NCBI GenBank assembly: GCA_963750095.1
Contig: CAVVPJ010000016.1
Coordinates: 9,806 to 73,805, forward strand
From: an uncultured Actinomycetota bacterium
Lineage (GTDB): Bacteria; Actinomycetota; Actinomycetes; Mycobacteriales; Pseudonocardiaceae
Direction: 5' to 3'
DNA length: 64,000 bases
Shown piece by piece: positions 37,740 through 47,665 of the stretch (its first letter is position 1; every line of letters begins with the position of its first letter). The position numbers were made by a program, and so were the translations under genes. The notes below the pieces were generated by a model that was given only the letters and a program-made list of their open reading frames with translations, made no database searches and had not been told where the DNA came from.

Positions 37740-38779
37740 CCGCCACCGAGCTGCCCGCTGTCACCGCGGCGGCCCCGCCCGCGGACGAGATCCTGCGCCG
37801 CAGCCGCGCGCTGGTCGCCCCCGCGCTGCGGCGGGCGGTCACCCGCCTCGACCCCGACAGCCGCGAGCAGGCCGCGTACCACATGGGCCTGGTCGACGGG
37901 GACGGCGCACCGGCGGACGGCGGCAAGGCCGTGCGCGCCGCGCTCGCGCTGCTGTCGGCCCGCGCCGCGGGGGCGCCTGCCGAGGTCGGGCTGCCCGGCG
38001 CCGTCGCCGTCGAGCTCGTGCACAACTTCTCGCTCGTCCACGACGACCTGATGGACGGCGACACCGAGCGCCGCCACCGGCCCACCGTCTGGGCACGCTT
38101 CGGCGCGGCCTCGGCCATCCTCACCGGCGACGCGCTGCTCGCGCTGGCGACCGAGGTGCTCATGGAGGCCGACTCGCCGCACGCGCCCGCCGCGGCGCGC
38201 GGCCTCGCCGCCACGGTGCGGGAGCTGGTCGGGGGCCAGGTCGCGGACATGGACTTCGAGACCAGGACGGACGTGAGCGTGCAGGAGTGCCTCGCCATGG
38301 CCGCGGGCAAGACCGGCGCGCTGCTGGCCGCGAGCGCCGCCATCGGCGCCGTCCTCGCAGGCGCTGACGACGCCCTCGTGCGGAGCCTCGACGCGTTCGG
38401 CGCCGAGCTGGGCATCGCGTTCCAGCTCGTCGACGACCTGCTGGGGATCTGGGGTGATCCCGAGGTGACCGGCAAGCCCGTCCTGTCGGACCTGCGTTCG
38501 CGCAAGCGCTCCCTTCCGGTCACGTACGCGGTGCAGCACGGCGGCCCGGCAGGACGTGAGCTCGGCGCGTGGCTGGCCGGGTCCGGCGAGGCCGACCCGG
38601 CGCAGCTGCGTCGGGCCGCGGCGCTGGTCGAGGCGGGCGGCGGGCGGCGGTGGGCACTGGCCGAGGCCCGCAGCAGACGCGGGCGCGCCGAGGAGCTGCT
38701 CGCCGAAGCGGACCTGCCCGCCACGCCGCGGGCCGAGCTCGTGGCGCTGGGCCGCCTGCTCGTGGACCGGGACCGCTGA
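37736..38779 (+). CDS. Polyprenyl diphosphate synthase
   Basis: GGKAVR, HDDLMDGD..RRHRPT, GKTGAL, FQLVDDLLG. Confidence 0.9.
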   Translation: MTATELPAVTAAAPPADEILRRSRALVAPALRRAVTRLDPDSREQAAYHMGLVDGDGAPADGGKAVRAALALLSARAAGAPAEVGLPGAVAVELVHNFSLVHDDLMDGDTERRHRPTVWARFGAASAILTGDALLALATEVLMEADSPHAPAAARGLAATVRELVGGQVADMDFETRTDVSVQECLAMAAGKTGALLAASAAIGAVLAGADDALVRSLDAFGAELGIAFQLVDDLLGIWGDPEVTGKPVLSDLRSRKRSLPVTYAVQHGGPAGRELGAWLAGSGEADPAQLRRAAALVEAGGGRRWALAEARSRRGRAEELLAEADLPATPRAELVALGRLLVDRDR

Positions 38780-40671
38780 TGAGGACCACCGCGCCCGCGC
38801 CGCCGGTGGCCCGTACCACCGTCGAGGCCGCCCTCGACCTGGCGGTCGCGCACCTGCGCTCCCTCCAGGACCCGGCGGGCTGGTGGCAGGGCGAGCTCGA
38901 GACGAACGTGACGATGGACGCCGAGGACCTCCTGCTGCGCGAGCTCCTCGGCGTGCGCACCGCGGCCGACACGGACGCGGCGGCCCGGTGGATCCGCAGC
39001 CGCCAGCGCGCCGACGGCACCTGGGCGACGTTCCACGACGGCCCTGGCGACCTGTCCACCACGGTCGAGGCCTACGTCGCGCTGCGGCTCGCGGGCGACG
39101 ACCCCGACGCCGCGCACCTGCGCAGAGCGCGCCGCTTCGTCCTCGTCGAGGGCGGCGTCGCCGCCACCCGCGTGTTCACCCGGATCTGGCTCGCCCTCTT
39201 CGGTCTGTGGTCCTGGGACGAGCTGCCCGCGATGCCCCCCGAGATGGTGTTCCTGCCCTCCTGGTTTCCGCTGAACGTCTACGACTGGGCGTGCTGGGCC
39301 CGCCAGACCGTCGTGCCGCTCACCGTTGTCGCCACGCTGCGGCCAGCCCGACCGCTGCCGTTCGGCATCGACGAGCTGCGCGGCGGCCCCGCGCCCGCCC
39401 GACCGGTCCGCGGGGTCGCCCGCGCCTTCCGCTTCCTCGACGCCCTGCTGCACCGCTACGCGCGCCACCCCGTCCGGCCGCTGCGCAGGCTTGCGCTGCG
39501 CCGGGCCGCCGAGTGGGTGTTGGCCCGCCAGGAGGCCGACGGGTCGTGGGGCGGCATCCAGCCGCCGTGGGTCTACTCCCTGCTGGCGCTGAACCTGCTC
39601 GGCTACCCGATCGACCACCCGGCCGTCCGCGCCGGGCTCGCGGGCCTGGAGCGCTTCCTCGTGCGCGAGGACGGGCCGCAGGGGCCGCTGCGGCGGCTGG
39701 AGGCCTGCCAGTCACCGGTGTGGGACACCTGCCTCGCCGTGGTCGCGCTGCGCGACGCGGGCGCGGAACCCGACGACCCCGACCTCCTGCGCGCCGCCGA
39801 CTGGATGCTGGCGCAGCAGGTGAGCGTGCCCGGCGACTGGGCCGTGCGCCGCCCCGACCTTGCGCCGGGCGGATGGGCGTTCGAGTTCGACAACGACGGA
39901 TACCCCGACGTCGACGACACCGCCGAGGTCGTCCTCGCCCTCCGCCGCGTCGCCCACCGCGAGGGCCCGCGGCTGCGCGCGTCCCTCGACAGGGCCGTCG
40001 CGTGGACCTGCGGGATGCAGTCGCGCGACGGCGGCTGGGCGGCGTTCGACGTCGACAACACCCGCGAGCTGATCACCAAGCTGCCGTTCTGCGACTTCGG
40101 CGCCGTCATCGACCCGCCGTCGGCCGACGTCACGGCGCACGCCGTGGAGATGCTCGCCGCCGAGGGGCTGGCGGGAGGCCCGGAGTGCCGCCGGGGCGTG
40201 GCCTGGCTGCTGGCCGCGCAGGAGGCCGACGGGTCATGGTTCGGACGCTGGGGCGCCAACCACGTCTACGGGACCGGCGCCGCCGTGCCCGCGCTCGTCG
40301 CGGCCGGGGCCCCCGCGCACCATCCGGCGGTCCGCCGCGCCGTCGCGTGGCTGGCCGCCCACCAGAACGACGACGGCGGCTGGGGCGAGGACCTGCGCTC
40401 CTACGACGACCCCGCGTGGGTGGGACGCGGGGCCTCGACACCGTCCCAGACGGCATGGGCGCTGCTCGCGCTGCTGGCGGCGGGCGAGCGGTCCGACGTC
40501 GCCGACCGCGGGGTGCGCTGGCTGGTCGACGCCCAGCGCCCCGACGGGTCATGGGACGAGCAGCACTACACCGGCACCGGCTTCCCGGGGGCCTTCTACA
40601 TCAACTACCACCTGTACCGGATGGTGTTCCCGGTCTCGGCGCTCGGCCGCTACCTCGGGCGGGCCGCGTGA
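38779..40671 (+). CDS. shc: Squalene-hopene cyclase
   Basis: YPDVDDTAEV catalytic DxDD, multiple QW repeats (QEADGSW), SPVWDT. Confidence 0.95.
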   Translation: MRTTAPAPPVARTTVEAALDLAVAHLRSLQDPAGWWQGELETNVTMDAEDLLLRELLGVRTAADTDAAARWIRSRQRADGTWATFHDGPGDLSTTVEAYVALRLAGDDPDAAHLRRARRFVLVEGGVAATRVFTRIWLALFGLWSWDELPAMPPEMVFLPSWFPLNVYDWACWARQTVVPLTVVATLRPARPLPFGIDELRGGPAPARPVRGVARAFRFLDALLHRYARHPVRPLRRLALRRAAEWVLARQEADGSWGGIQPPWVYSLLALNLLGYPIDHPAVRAGLAGLERFLVREDGPQGPLRRLEACQSPVWDTCLAVVALRDAGAEPDDPDLLRAADWMLAQQVSVPGDWAVRRPDLAPGGWAFEFDNDGYPDVDDTAEVVLALRRVAHREGPRLRASLDRAVAWTCGMQSRDGGWAAFDVDNTRELITKLPFCDFGAVIDPPSADVTAHAVEMLAAEGLAGGPECRRGVAWLLAAQEADGSWFGRWGANHVYGTGAAVPALVAAGAPAHHPAVRRAVAWLAAHQNDDGGWGEDLRSYDDPAWVGRGASTPSQTAWALLALLAAGERSDVADRGVRWLVDAQRPDGSWDEQHYTGTGFPGAFYINYHLYRMVFPVSALGRYLGRAA

Positions 40672-42146
40672 GCGCCCCGGTCGTGTGCGCGCCGCTCGCG
40701 GTCGAGCGGGCGGCGCTCGGCCGCGCGCTGGGCCCGGCGCCGGTCCTGCGGACCGGGATGGGGCCCGGGCGCTCGGCCGCCGCGGCCGCCGACCTCGCCG
40801 CGCGCGGCCCGCGGCCGGTGCTGGTCGCCGGGGTCTGCGGCGCCCTGGTGCCGGGGATCGCACCCGGAGACGTGGTCGTCGCCACCGAGGTGCGCGGCCC
40901 GGGGTGCGCCCCCGTCCCCGTGCCCGGCGCGGCGCCGCTGGCGGCCGCGCTGCGCGGCCTCGGGCTGCGGGTGCACACCGGGCCCGTCGTCTCGGTGCCC
41001 CGGGTCGGCGGGCGGACCCCCGCAGGCGCGGTGGCCGTCGACACGGAGTCGGCCTGGCTCGCCGCGGCGGCGGCGGGTGGTCCGTTCGCCGTCGTCAGGA
41101 CGGTCGTCGACACGCCGGACTCCCCGCTGTGGCGCCCGGGCACGCCCGCACGCGGCATCGCGGCCCTGCGCGCGCTGCGCCGGTGCGGGCCCGCGCTGCG
41201 CCGGTGGCTCGCGGCCACCGGCCCGCGGACGGTCGCGCTCGCGGCGCCGCGGTCGTTCTGCGCGGGGGTCGAGCGGGCGATCGACACCGTCGAGGAGGCG
41301 CTGCGCCGGTACGGCGGCCCCGTCTACGTCCGGCGGCAGATCGTGCACAACCGCCACGTCGTGCGCGACCTGGAGCGGCGCGGCGCGGTGTTCGTGCAGG
41401 AGGTCGACGAGGTCCCCCGCGGCGGGGTGACCGTGCTGGCCGCGCACGGCGTGGCGCCCGCCGTCCGCGCCGCCGCCCGGGAACGGGACCTCGCGGTGGT
41501 CGACGCGACCTGCCCGCTCGTGGCGAAGGTGCACGGCGAGGTCCGTCGCCACGCCCGCCACGGCGAGACCGTGTTCCTCATCGGGCACGCCGACCACGAG
41601 GAGGTCGAGGGCACGCTGGGCGAGGCGCCCGAGGCGGTCGTCGTCGTCGACAGCACCGAGGCCGCAGCACGGGTGCGCCCCGCCGACCCCGCGCGCGTCA
41701 CGTACGCCATGCAGACCACGCTCGCCGTCGACGAGGCGGAGGAGATCGCCGCGGTGCTGCGCTCCCGGTTCCCGGGCATCACCGCCCCGCGCTCGGACGA
41801 CATCTGCTACGCCACGACCAACCGCCAGCAGGCGGTACTGGCCGTCGCGGCGCAGTCCGAGCTGGTCCTCGTGCTCGGCTCGGCGAACTCTTCCAACTCC
41901 CAGCGCCTCGTCGAGGTCGCCGCCCGTGCGGGAACCCGCGCCCATCTGATCGACGACGTCGCGGGGATCGACCTGTCGTGGCTCGCGGGCGTCCGCCGGA
42001 TCGGCGTCAGCGCGGGCGCGTCCGCTCCGCGGCACCTCGTGGACGAGGTGCTGGCCTTCCTGTCCTGGCTCGGCCCGACCACCGTCACCGAGACCGTCAC
42101 CACCACCGAGAACGTCGTCTTCACCCTGCCCAAGGAGGTGTGCTGA
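40668..42146 (+). CDS. ispH: HpnG-like nucleoside phosphorylase fused to IspH (HMBPP reductase)
   Basis: N-term TGMGP, AGVCGAL..PGDVVVA, VDTESA; C-term SFCAGVERA, DATCPLV, DICYATTNRQ, SSNS. Confidence 0.9.
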   Translation: MSAPVVCAPLAVERAALGRALGPAPVLRTGMGPGRSAAAAADLAARGPRPVLVAGVCGALVPGIAPGDVVVATEVRGPGCAPVPVPGAAPLAAALRGLGLRVHTGPVVSVPRVGGRTPAGAVAVDTESAWLAAAAAGGPFAVVRTVVDTPDSPLWRPGTPARGIAALRALRRCGPALRRWLAATGPRTVALAAPRSFCAGVERAIDTVEEALRRYGGPVYVRRQIVHNRHVVRDLERRGAVFVQEVDEVPRGGVTVLAAHGVAPAVRAAARERDLAVVDATCPLVAKVHGEVRRHARHGETVFLIGHADHEEVEGTLGEAPEAVVVVDSTEAAARVRPADPARVTYAMQTTLAVDEAEEIAAVLRSRFPGITAPRSDDICYATTNRQQAVLAVAAQSELVLVLGSANSSNSQRLVEVAARAGTRAHLIDDVAGIDLSWLAGVRRIGVSAGASAPRHLVDEVLAFLSWLGPTTVTETVTTTENVVFTLPKEVC

Positions 42147-43151
42147 ATGGCCATGCCGATGCGCCAGTCCCTGCGGCTGGCGGCGTACCTGGCCAAGCAG
42201 AAGCTCAAGCGGGTCGAGAAGTTCCCCCTGCTCGTCGAGCTCGAGCCGCTGTTCGCCTGCAACCTCAAGTGCGCGGGGTGCGGCAAGATCCAGCAGCCCG
42301 CCGCGCTGCTCAAGCAGCGGATGCCGGTGGAGCAGGCGGTCGGCGCGGTCGAGGAGTGCGGAGCGCCGATGGTCTCCATCGCGGGCGGCGAGCCGCTGAT
42401 GCACAAGGAGATCGACGAGATCGTCCGGCAGCTGCTCGACCGCGGCAAGATCGTGTTCCTCTGCACCAACGCCGTGCTGCTGCCCAAGCACCTGCACCGG
42501 TTCACCCCACACCGCAACTTCGCCTGGATGGTGCACATCGACGGGCTGCGCGAGCGGCACGACGCGTCGGTCTGCAAGGACGGCGTGTTCGAGACGGCCG
42601 TCGCCGCGATCCGCCAGGCGCAGGCCGCCGGGTTCCGCGTCAACACCAACACGACGTTCTTCTCCACCGACACCCCACAGGACGTCATCGACGTGCTGGA
42701 CCACCTCAACGACGAGCTCGGCGTCGACAACATGCAGATCTCCCCGGCCTACGCCTACGAGAAGGCTCCCGACCAGGACCACTGGCTCGGCGTCGAGCAG
42801 ACCAGGGAGCTGTTCCGGAAGGCGTTCGCCGACGGGCGGCGCAAGCGGTGGCGGCTCAACCACTCCCCGTTGTTCCTGGACTTCCTGGAGGGCAGGCTGG
42901 AACTGGCGTGCACCGCGTGGGCCATCCCGTCGTACTCCCTGCTGGGCTGGCAGCGGCCCTGCTACCTGCTGGCCGACGGCTACGCCGCCACCTACCGGGA
43001 GCTCGTCGAGGAGACCGACTGGTCGGCGTTCGGCCGCGGCAACGACCCCCGCTGCGCGAACTGCATGGCCCACTGCGGCTACGAGCCCTCCGCGGTGTTC
43101 GCGACGGTCGGATCGCTGCGCGAGTCGCTGCGGGCGATGGCGAGCGGTTGA
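42147..43151 (+). CDS. hpnH: Adenosyl-hopene transferase HpnH (radical SAM)
   Basis: LEPLFACNLKCAGCGKI, CANCMAHCGYE. Confidence 0.93.
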   Translation: MAMPMRQSLRLAAYLAKQKLKRVEKFPLLVELEPLFACNLKCAGCGKIQQPAALLKQRMPVEQAVGAVEECGAPMVSIAGGEPLMHKEIDEIVRQLLDRGKIVFLCTNAVLLPKHLHRFTPHRNFAWMVHIDGLRERHDASVCKDGVFETAVAAIRQAQAAGFRVNTNTTFFSTDTPQDVIDVLDHLNDELGVDNMQISPAYAYEKAPDQDHWLGVEQTRELFRKAFADGRRKRWRLNHSPLFLDFLEGRLELACTAWAIPSYSLLGWQRPCYLLADGYAATYRELVEETDWSAFGRGNDPRCANCMAHCGYEPSAVFATVGSLRESLRAMASG

Positions 43152-43232
43152 GGCGCCGCGACCGAGCCCCGCGGGGCCGCGCGGCCTACACTCGCGGGAC
43201 TCCCGGCCCGACGAGAAGGGTGCGGCCGCCGC

Positions 43233-43880
43233 ATGGCCCCTCACAGCACCACGATCCACCTCCCCCCGATCGGGTCGCTGGTGCGGCACGCCTGCCGGTC
43301 GCTGTTCGAGTCCGCGCTGATCCCGCTGGGGCTGTTCTGGCTGCTGTTCACCCAGTGCGGGCTCGACGCGGGCCTGTGGGCGGCGATGGGCTGGTCGGCG
43401 TTCGCCATCGGGATGCGCCTCGCGTGCCGCCGACGCCTGCCCGCCGTCCTGCTGCTGACGAGCGCGCTGCTGGTGGTCCGCACCGCGGTCGGCCTCGCCA
43501 CCGGGAGCGCGTTCCTGTACTTCCTCCAGCCGACCGCGCAGAACTTCGTCATCGCCCTCGCCCTGCTGGTCACGATCGGGCTGGACCGGCCGCTGCTGGC
43601 GAAGCTGGCCGACGACTTCTGCGCCTTTCCGGCCGAACTCTGCAGGAACCCGCACATGCGTCGGTTCTTCCGGCGGGTCTCGCTGCTGTGGGCCGTCGTC
43701 TTCCTGGTCAACGGCGGCGTCACGCTCGCCGTACTCGCCACCCGGACCGTCGGGGACTTCCTGCTCGTCTCGACGGCGGGCTCGTACTCGCTGGTCGCCG
43801 TGGGCATCGTCCTGTCGCTGTGGTGGTTCCGCCACTCGCTCACCCGGCACGGGATCCGCTTGCGGATCTCCCCCGCCTAG
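43233..43880 (+). CDS. Membrane protein (VC0807/DUF3159-like)
   Basis: ~6 TM; LATGSAFLYFLQPT, RPLLAKLA, FFRRVSLLWAV. Confidence 0.65.
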   Translation: MAPHSTTIHLPPIGSLVRHACRSLFESALIPLGLFWLLFTQCGLDAGLWAAMGWSAFAIGMRLACRRRLPAVLLLTSALLVVRTAVGLATGSAFLYFLQPTAQNFVIALALLVTIGLDRPLLAKLADDFCAFPAELCRNPHMRRFFRRVSLLWAVVFLVNGGVTLAVLATRTVGDFLLVSTAGSYSLVAVGIVLSLWWFRHSLTRHGIRLRISPA

Positions 43881-44059
43881 TGCGGTGGCCACGAAGGTTG
43901 CCGGGTGATCGCGTGATCCAGGCGGCGAGTCGCAAGTCGCCGCCGGAAGCTCATACCGGGCGTATTCGCGAAGGCGGCGCCGCCGCGAGTCGTCGTCTGG
44001 GCGCGCGAGGACCCGGTGAACGTTCGTGGCCACCGCACTAGCCGCACTAGCCGCACTAG
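43877..44059. repeat. ~165-bp palindromic CTAG-bounded MITE/REP-like element plus two extra ccgcactag units
   Basis: Perfect 19-bp terminal IR ctagtgcggtggccacgaa (43877-95 / 44023-41), imperfect pairing over ~70 bp per arm; ccgcactag x3 at 44033-44059. Confidence 0.8.
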
Positions 44060-45179
44060 CGCCGCCGTGCAGGCGCGCGGCGAGCGCGCGCAGCGCGGCG
44101 TCCAGCCCGCCGGTCGCGAACCCGGCGGCCCGCTGCTCCAGCCGGGCCAGCTCCTCCGGGTGGGCGCGGAGCCTGCGCAACACCGCGGTGACGTCGGCGG
44201 GTCGACGGCAGACCACCCCGAGACCCGCGGCCGCCGTCATGCGGGCACCGGCCCGGCCGTGGCCGGGCACCGGGGCGGCGAACAGCACCGGGCGCCCGGC
44301 GGCGAGCGCCTCGCTCGCGATCATCCCGCCCGCGGTGGTGAGCACGACGTCGGCCGCGGCGACCAGCGAGGGCACCCGGTCGGTCCACCCGAGCGCGACC
44401 AGACGGGTTGCGGGCAGGCCGCGGCGGCCCAGCCGCGCACGCAGCCGCTCGTCGCGTCCGCACAGCACGACCGCGCGCACGTCGTCGCCCGCAGCGAGCA
44501 CCGCGTCCACCACGGCCTCCAGACCGCCGAACCCGAGGGATCCCCCCGTGACCAGCACCAGCAGGTCCGCGCCCTGCAGGCCGCACGCGGCACGGGCGGC
44601 GGCCCGGTCGGCGGGCCGGAACCGGGGGTCGACCGGGGGCGGCGCCACGCGCACGTCGGCCCGTGGCTCGACCGCCCGGGCCCGCTCAGCGGAGGCGGGC
44701 AGCAGCGTCCAGGTCTCGTCGACGCCCGCCCACACCCAGAACGGGTGCACCGCGACGTCGGTGACGACCGCGACCGTCCGCGCGCGGAGCCCTCTCCGTC
44801 GGCGCAGCCAGGCGAGACCGCCGGAGGTCATCGGGTAGGTCGAGACGATCAGGTCCGGGCACTGGGCGGCCACCAGCGGCGCGAGGGAGCGACCGAGCCG
44901 GGCGGCGGCGACCGCCTTGCAGACGACGGCGAGCGGCGGGCACCGCGCGAGCAGGCCGTAGCCGATCCCGTACAGCCAGGGAGCGCGGCGCATCGTGAGC
45001 GCCCACGCGGCGGCCAGGAAGCGGTCCCGCCGCGGCGCGGCCGTACCCTCGACCTCACGGACGGCGGCGCCGGGCCACAGCGCCCGCATGCGGGCGGCCA
45101 GCACCCGGGCGGCCGCCACGTGGCCCTCCCCGACCGGCGCGGACAGCACCAGCACGCGCCGCGGTGTCCGGCTCGACAC
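44056..45179 (-). CDS. MGDG-synthase-like GT28 glycosyltransferase; expected stop (TAG 44056-58) is out of frame
   Basis: SAPVGEGHVAAA, VVTDVAVHPFW, VTGGSLGFG, GWTDRV..AADVVLTTAGGMIASEALAAGRP. Confidence 0.75.
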
Positions 45180-45316
45180 CCGCCCAGCCTAGGTCCGGTC
45201 GACCGCTCGCGCAGGGGAGCGGGCCGCGCCGGGCAGGAGGCCGGGGCGGGCTGCGCGGGCGGGGCGGCGGGGCCCCGTGCCGCGCGTCGCCCCGACGGCG
45301 GCAACGGGAGCGTGCG

Positions 45317-47665
45317 ATGAGCCCCACCCCCGCCGTCCCCCGCAGGCTGCTGCTGGTCAGCGGCAGCATGGGCGGCGGGCACCACGCCGCCGCCCGCGCC
45401 GTCGAGGAGCAGGCCCGCCGGGCATGGCCGGGCGTCGAGACGGCGTGGACCGAGACGCTGGCGGACATGGGCCCTGGCACCGGCACGGTGTTCCGCGCGG
45501 TCTACGCCGGGTGTGTGCGCCGGGCGCCCTGGCTGTACGGGCTGTACTTCTGGCTGCTCTGGCGGCTGCCGCCGTTCCGGGCAGGCACCCGTGCGGTGCT
45601 GGGGGCGTGGAGCGCACGCGGGCTGCGGCCCGCGATCGCGCGGCACGCGCCCGACGTCGTCGTCGCGACCTTCCCCGAAGCCGTGCAGGGGCTGGGCAGG
45701 CTCCGGCGCCGTGGCCTGCTCCCGATGACCGCGGTCGTCCTCGTCGCCGACCCCGCCCCGCATCCGCTGTGGGTCGACCCCGCCCTCGACCTGCACCTGG
45801 TGAGCACCCCCGAGGGCGCGGCGCTCGCGCGGCGGATCGCCCCGAGAGCCCGGGTCCGGGTGGCCGCGCTGCCGGTCGCCGCCGCGTTTCGGCCGCCGCA
45901 ACGCCTGCCCCCGCGTGTCCGCCCGCTGGTGTACGTCACCTGCGGGTCGTTCGCGTTCGGCGATGTGCCCGCCGCCTGCGCGGCGGTGCTGGCGGGAGGC
46001 GCCGACGTGCTGGTCGGCTGTGGGCGCAGCGCGCGGCTGCGCAGGCGCCTCGACGGGCTCGCTCGCGCGCACCCCGGAAGGGTCGACGTCCGCGACTGGG
46101 TCGACGACCCGGTCGCCGCGACGCGGCACTGCGACGCGGTGGTCACCAACGCGGGCGGCGCGACCGCGCTGGAGGCGCTGGCCTGCGCCCGTCCGCTGCT
46201 GCTCTTCGACCCGATCCCCGGGCACGGACGCGCCAACGCGGAGGTGCTGGCCGCCGCGGGCGCCGCCCGGATCTGCCCGACGCCCGCCGCGTTGACCGCC
46301 GCCGTCGCCGCACCGCCCGCTCCCCCGGTGTTCCGCCGGGACTGGGCCTCGGACCTCGCCGCTCTCACCCGCTGCCGGACGACGGTGGAAGGCCCGCGGG
46401 TCCGGGCACAGGATGCACTGTTCCTGCACGTCGCCGCCCCACCGCAGCAGATGGGGGCGTGCGTCGTCCTTGACGACGCCGCGCGGAGGAGGGACTGGCC
46501 GGAGTACGTGGCGGCGCGGGTCCGGGAGCGGGGGCCCGGGATCGACCTCCTGCGCCGACGGCTCGCGCCGCCGCGAGCGGGACGGCCGCTCCGGTGGCTG
46601 CTCGTCCCGACCCCCGACCCCGCCCGCCACGTCCGGCCACACGTCGCGACCGTCGACCCGCAGGGCCACGGCTTCGAGGCCGCCCTGACCGCCTTCCTCG
46701 CCGTGCCGCTCGACCCCACGAGCGCGCCCTGGGCACTGCAGGTCGCCCGCGACGGCGACCGGGTGGCCGTGCTGGCGAAGGTGCACCACGCGCTGGGCGA
46801 CGGGATCGCGGTCACCGAGGCGCTTGCCGACCTCCTCGTCGACGAGCGGCCGGAAGCGCGCGGACGACCGTGCGGGACGGCCGCCGGGCGGCACCGCGTC
46901 CGGCGGGCGACGCTCGCCCTCCGCGGCGTCGCGAGCCTCGCCCGCGCCGGGTTCGCCGGGCCGTCGCCGCTCGGCAGGGCATCCGGCGACGTCCGGTGGG
47001 TCGGACTCACCCTCGACGGCGGTCGCGTCCGGACGGCCGCCCGCGGCCACGGGGTCGGCACCTCGGCGCTCCTGGTCGCCGCCGTGGCCGAGGCCCTGCA
47101 CCGGCTCCGTCCCGGCCCGCGACACGCGACGCTGCGCGCGATGGTGCCGGTGACGAACCGGGGGCGCGCGGACGTCGTCAGCCGCGCCTCGGGCAACCGC
47201 ACCGCGGCCGTCCCGCTCGACCTGCCGTTGGGGCCGATGTCGCTCGCCGAACGGGTCGGACGCGTCGCGGACGCCATGGAACGCAACGTCAGGACCTGCC
47301 GGCCCGAGGGTGCGTCGTGCGCCCTCGCCGCACTCGGGCTGCTGCCCGCCGGGCTCCAGCGCGCCGCGGCGCGACTGGTCTACGGTCCGCCGTTCTTCCA
47401 CGCGATCGCGTCGGTGATGCCCGGCGTCCGGCGTCCCCTGCACGTACGGGGTGCGCCGATCGTGCTCGTCCATCCGGCGCTCCCGCTGGCCACGCGCGTC
47501 GGCCTCGCGGTCGGGGTCATGCACTGGCGCGCGCACACGACGATCGGGTTCACGACCTCGATACCCGGGTTGGCCGACGCCCTGCCCGCGGCCGTGGAAC
47601 GGGTGGTGGCCGAGTTTGCGGAGCCGGTGTCGCCCCGCCGTCCGTCCGCCGGAGCGCGGACGTGA
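45317..47665 (+). CDS. Fusion: MGDG-synthase-like glycosyltransferase + WS/DGAT-type acyltransferase
   Basis: N-term SGSMGGGHHAAA, NAGGATALEALA..PIPGHGRAN; C-term QDALFL, KVHHALGDG (HHxxxDG), LRAMVPV, SGNRTA. Confidence 0.85.
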   Translation: MSPTPAVPRRLLLVSGSMGGGHHAAARAVEEQARRAWPGVETAWTETLADMGPGTGTVFRAVYAGCVRRAPWLYGLYFWLLWRLPPFRAGTRAVLGAWSARGLRPAIARHAPDVVVATFPEAVQGLGRLRRRGLLPMTAVVLVADPAPHPLWVDPALDLHLVSTPEGAALARRIAPRARVRVAALPVAAAFRPPQRLPPRVRPLVYVTCGSFAFGDVPAACAAVLAGGADVLVGCGRSARLRRRLDGLARAHPGRVDVRDWVDDPVAATRHCDAVVTNAGGATALEALACARPLLLFDPIPGHGRANAEVLAAAGAARICPTPAALTAAVAAPPAPPVFRRDWASDLAALTRCRTTVEGPRVRAQDALFLHVAAPPQQMGACVVLDDAARRRDWPEYVAARVRERGPGIDLLRRRLAPPRAGRPLRWLLVPTPDPARHVRPHVATVDPQGHGFEAALTAFLAVPLDPTSAPWALQVARDGDRVAVLAKVHHALGDGIAVTEALADLLVDERPEARGRPCGTAAGRHRVRRATLALRGVASLARAGFAGPSPLGRASGDVRWVGLTLDGGRVRTAARGHGVGTSALLVAAVAEALHRLRPGPRHATLRAMVPVTNRGRADVVSRASGNRTAAVPLDLPLGPMSLAERVGRVADAMERNVRTCRPEGASCALAALGLLPAGLQRAAARLVYGPPFFHAIASVMPGVRRPLHVRGAPIVLVHPALPLATRVGLAVGVMHWRAHTTIGFTTSIPGLADALPAAVERVVAEFAEPVSPRRPSAGART

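Noticed and set aside
44033-44059. Short tandem repeats as a CRISPR array
   Set aside because: 9-bp units without spacers; no cas genes
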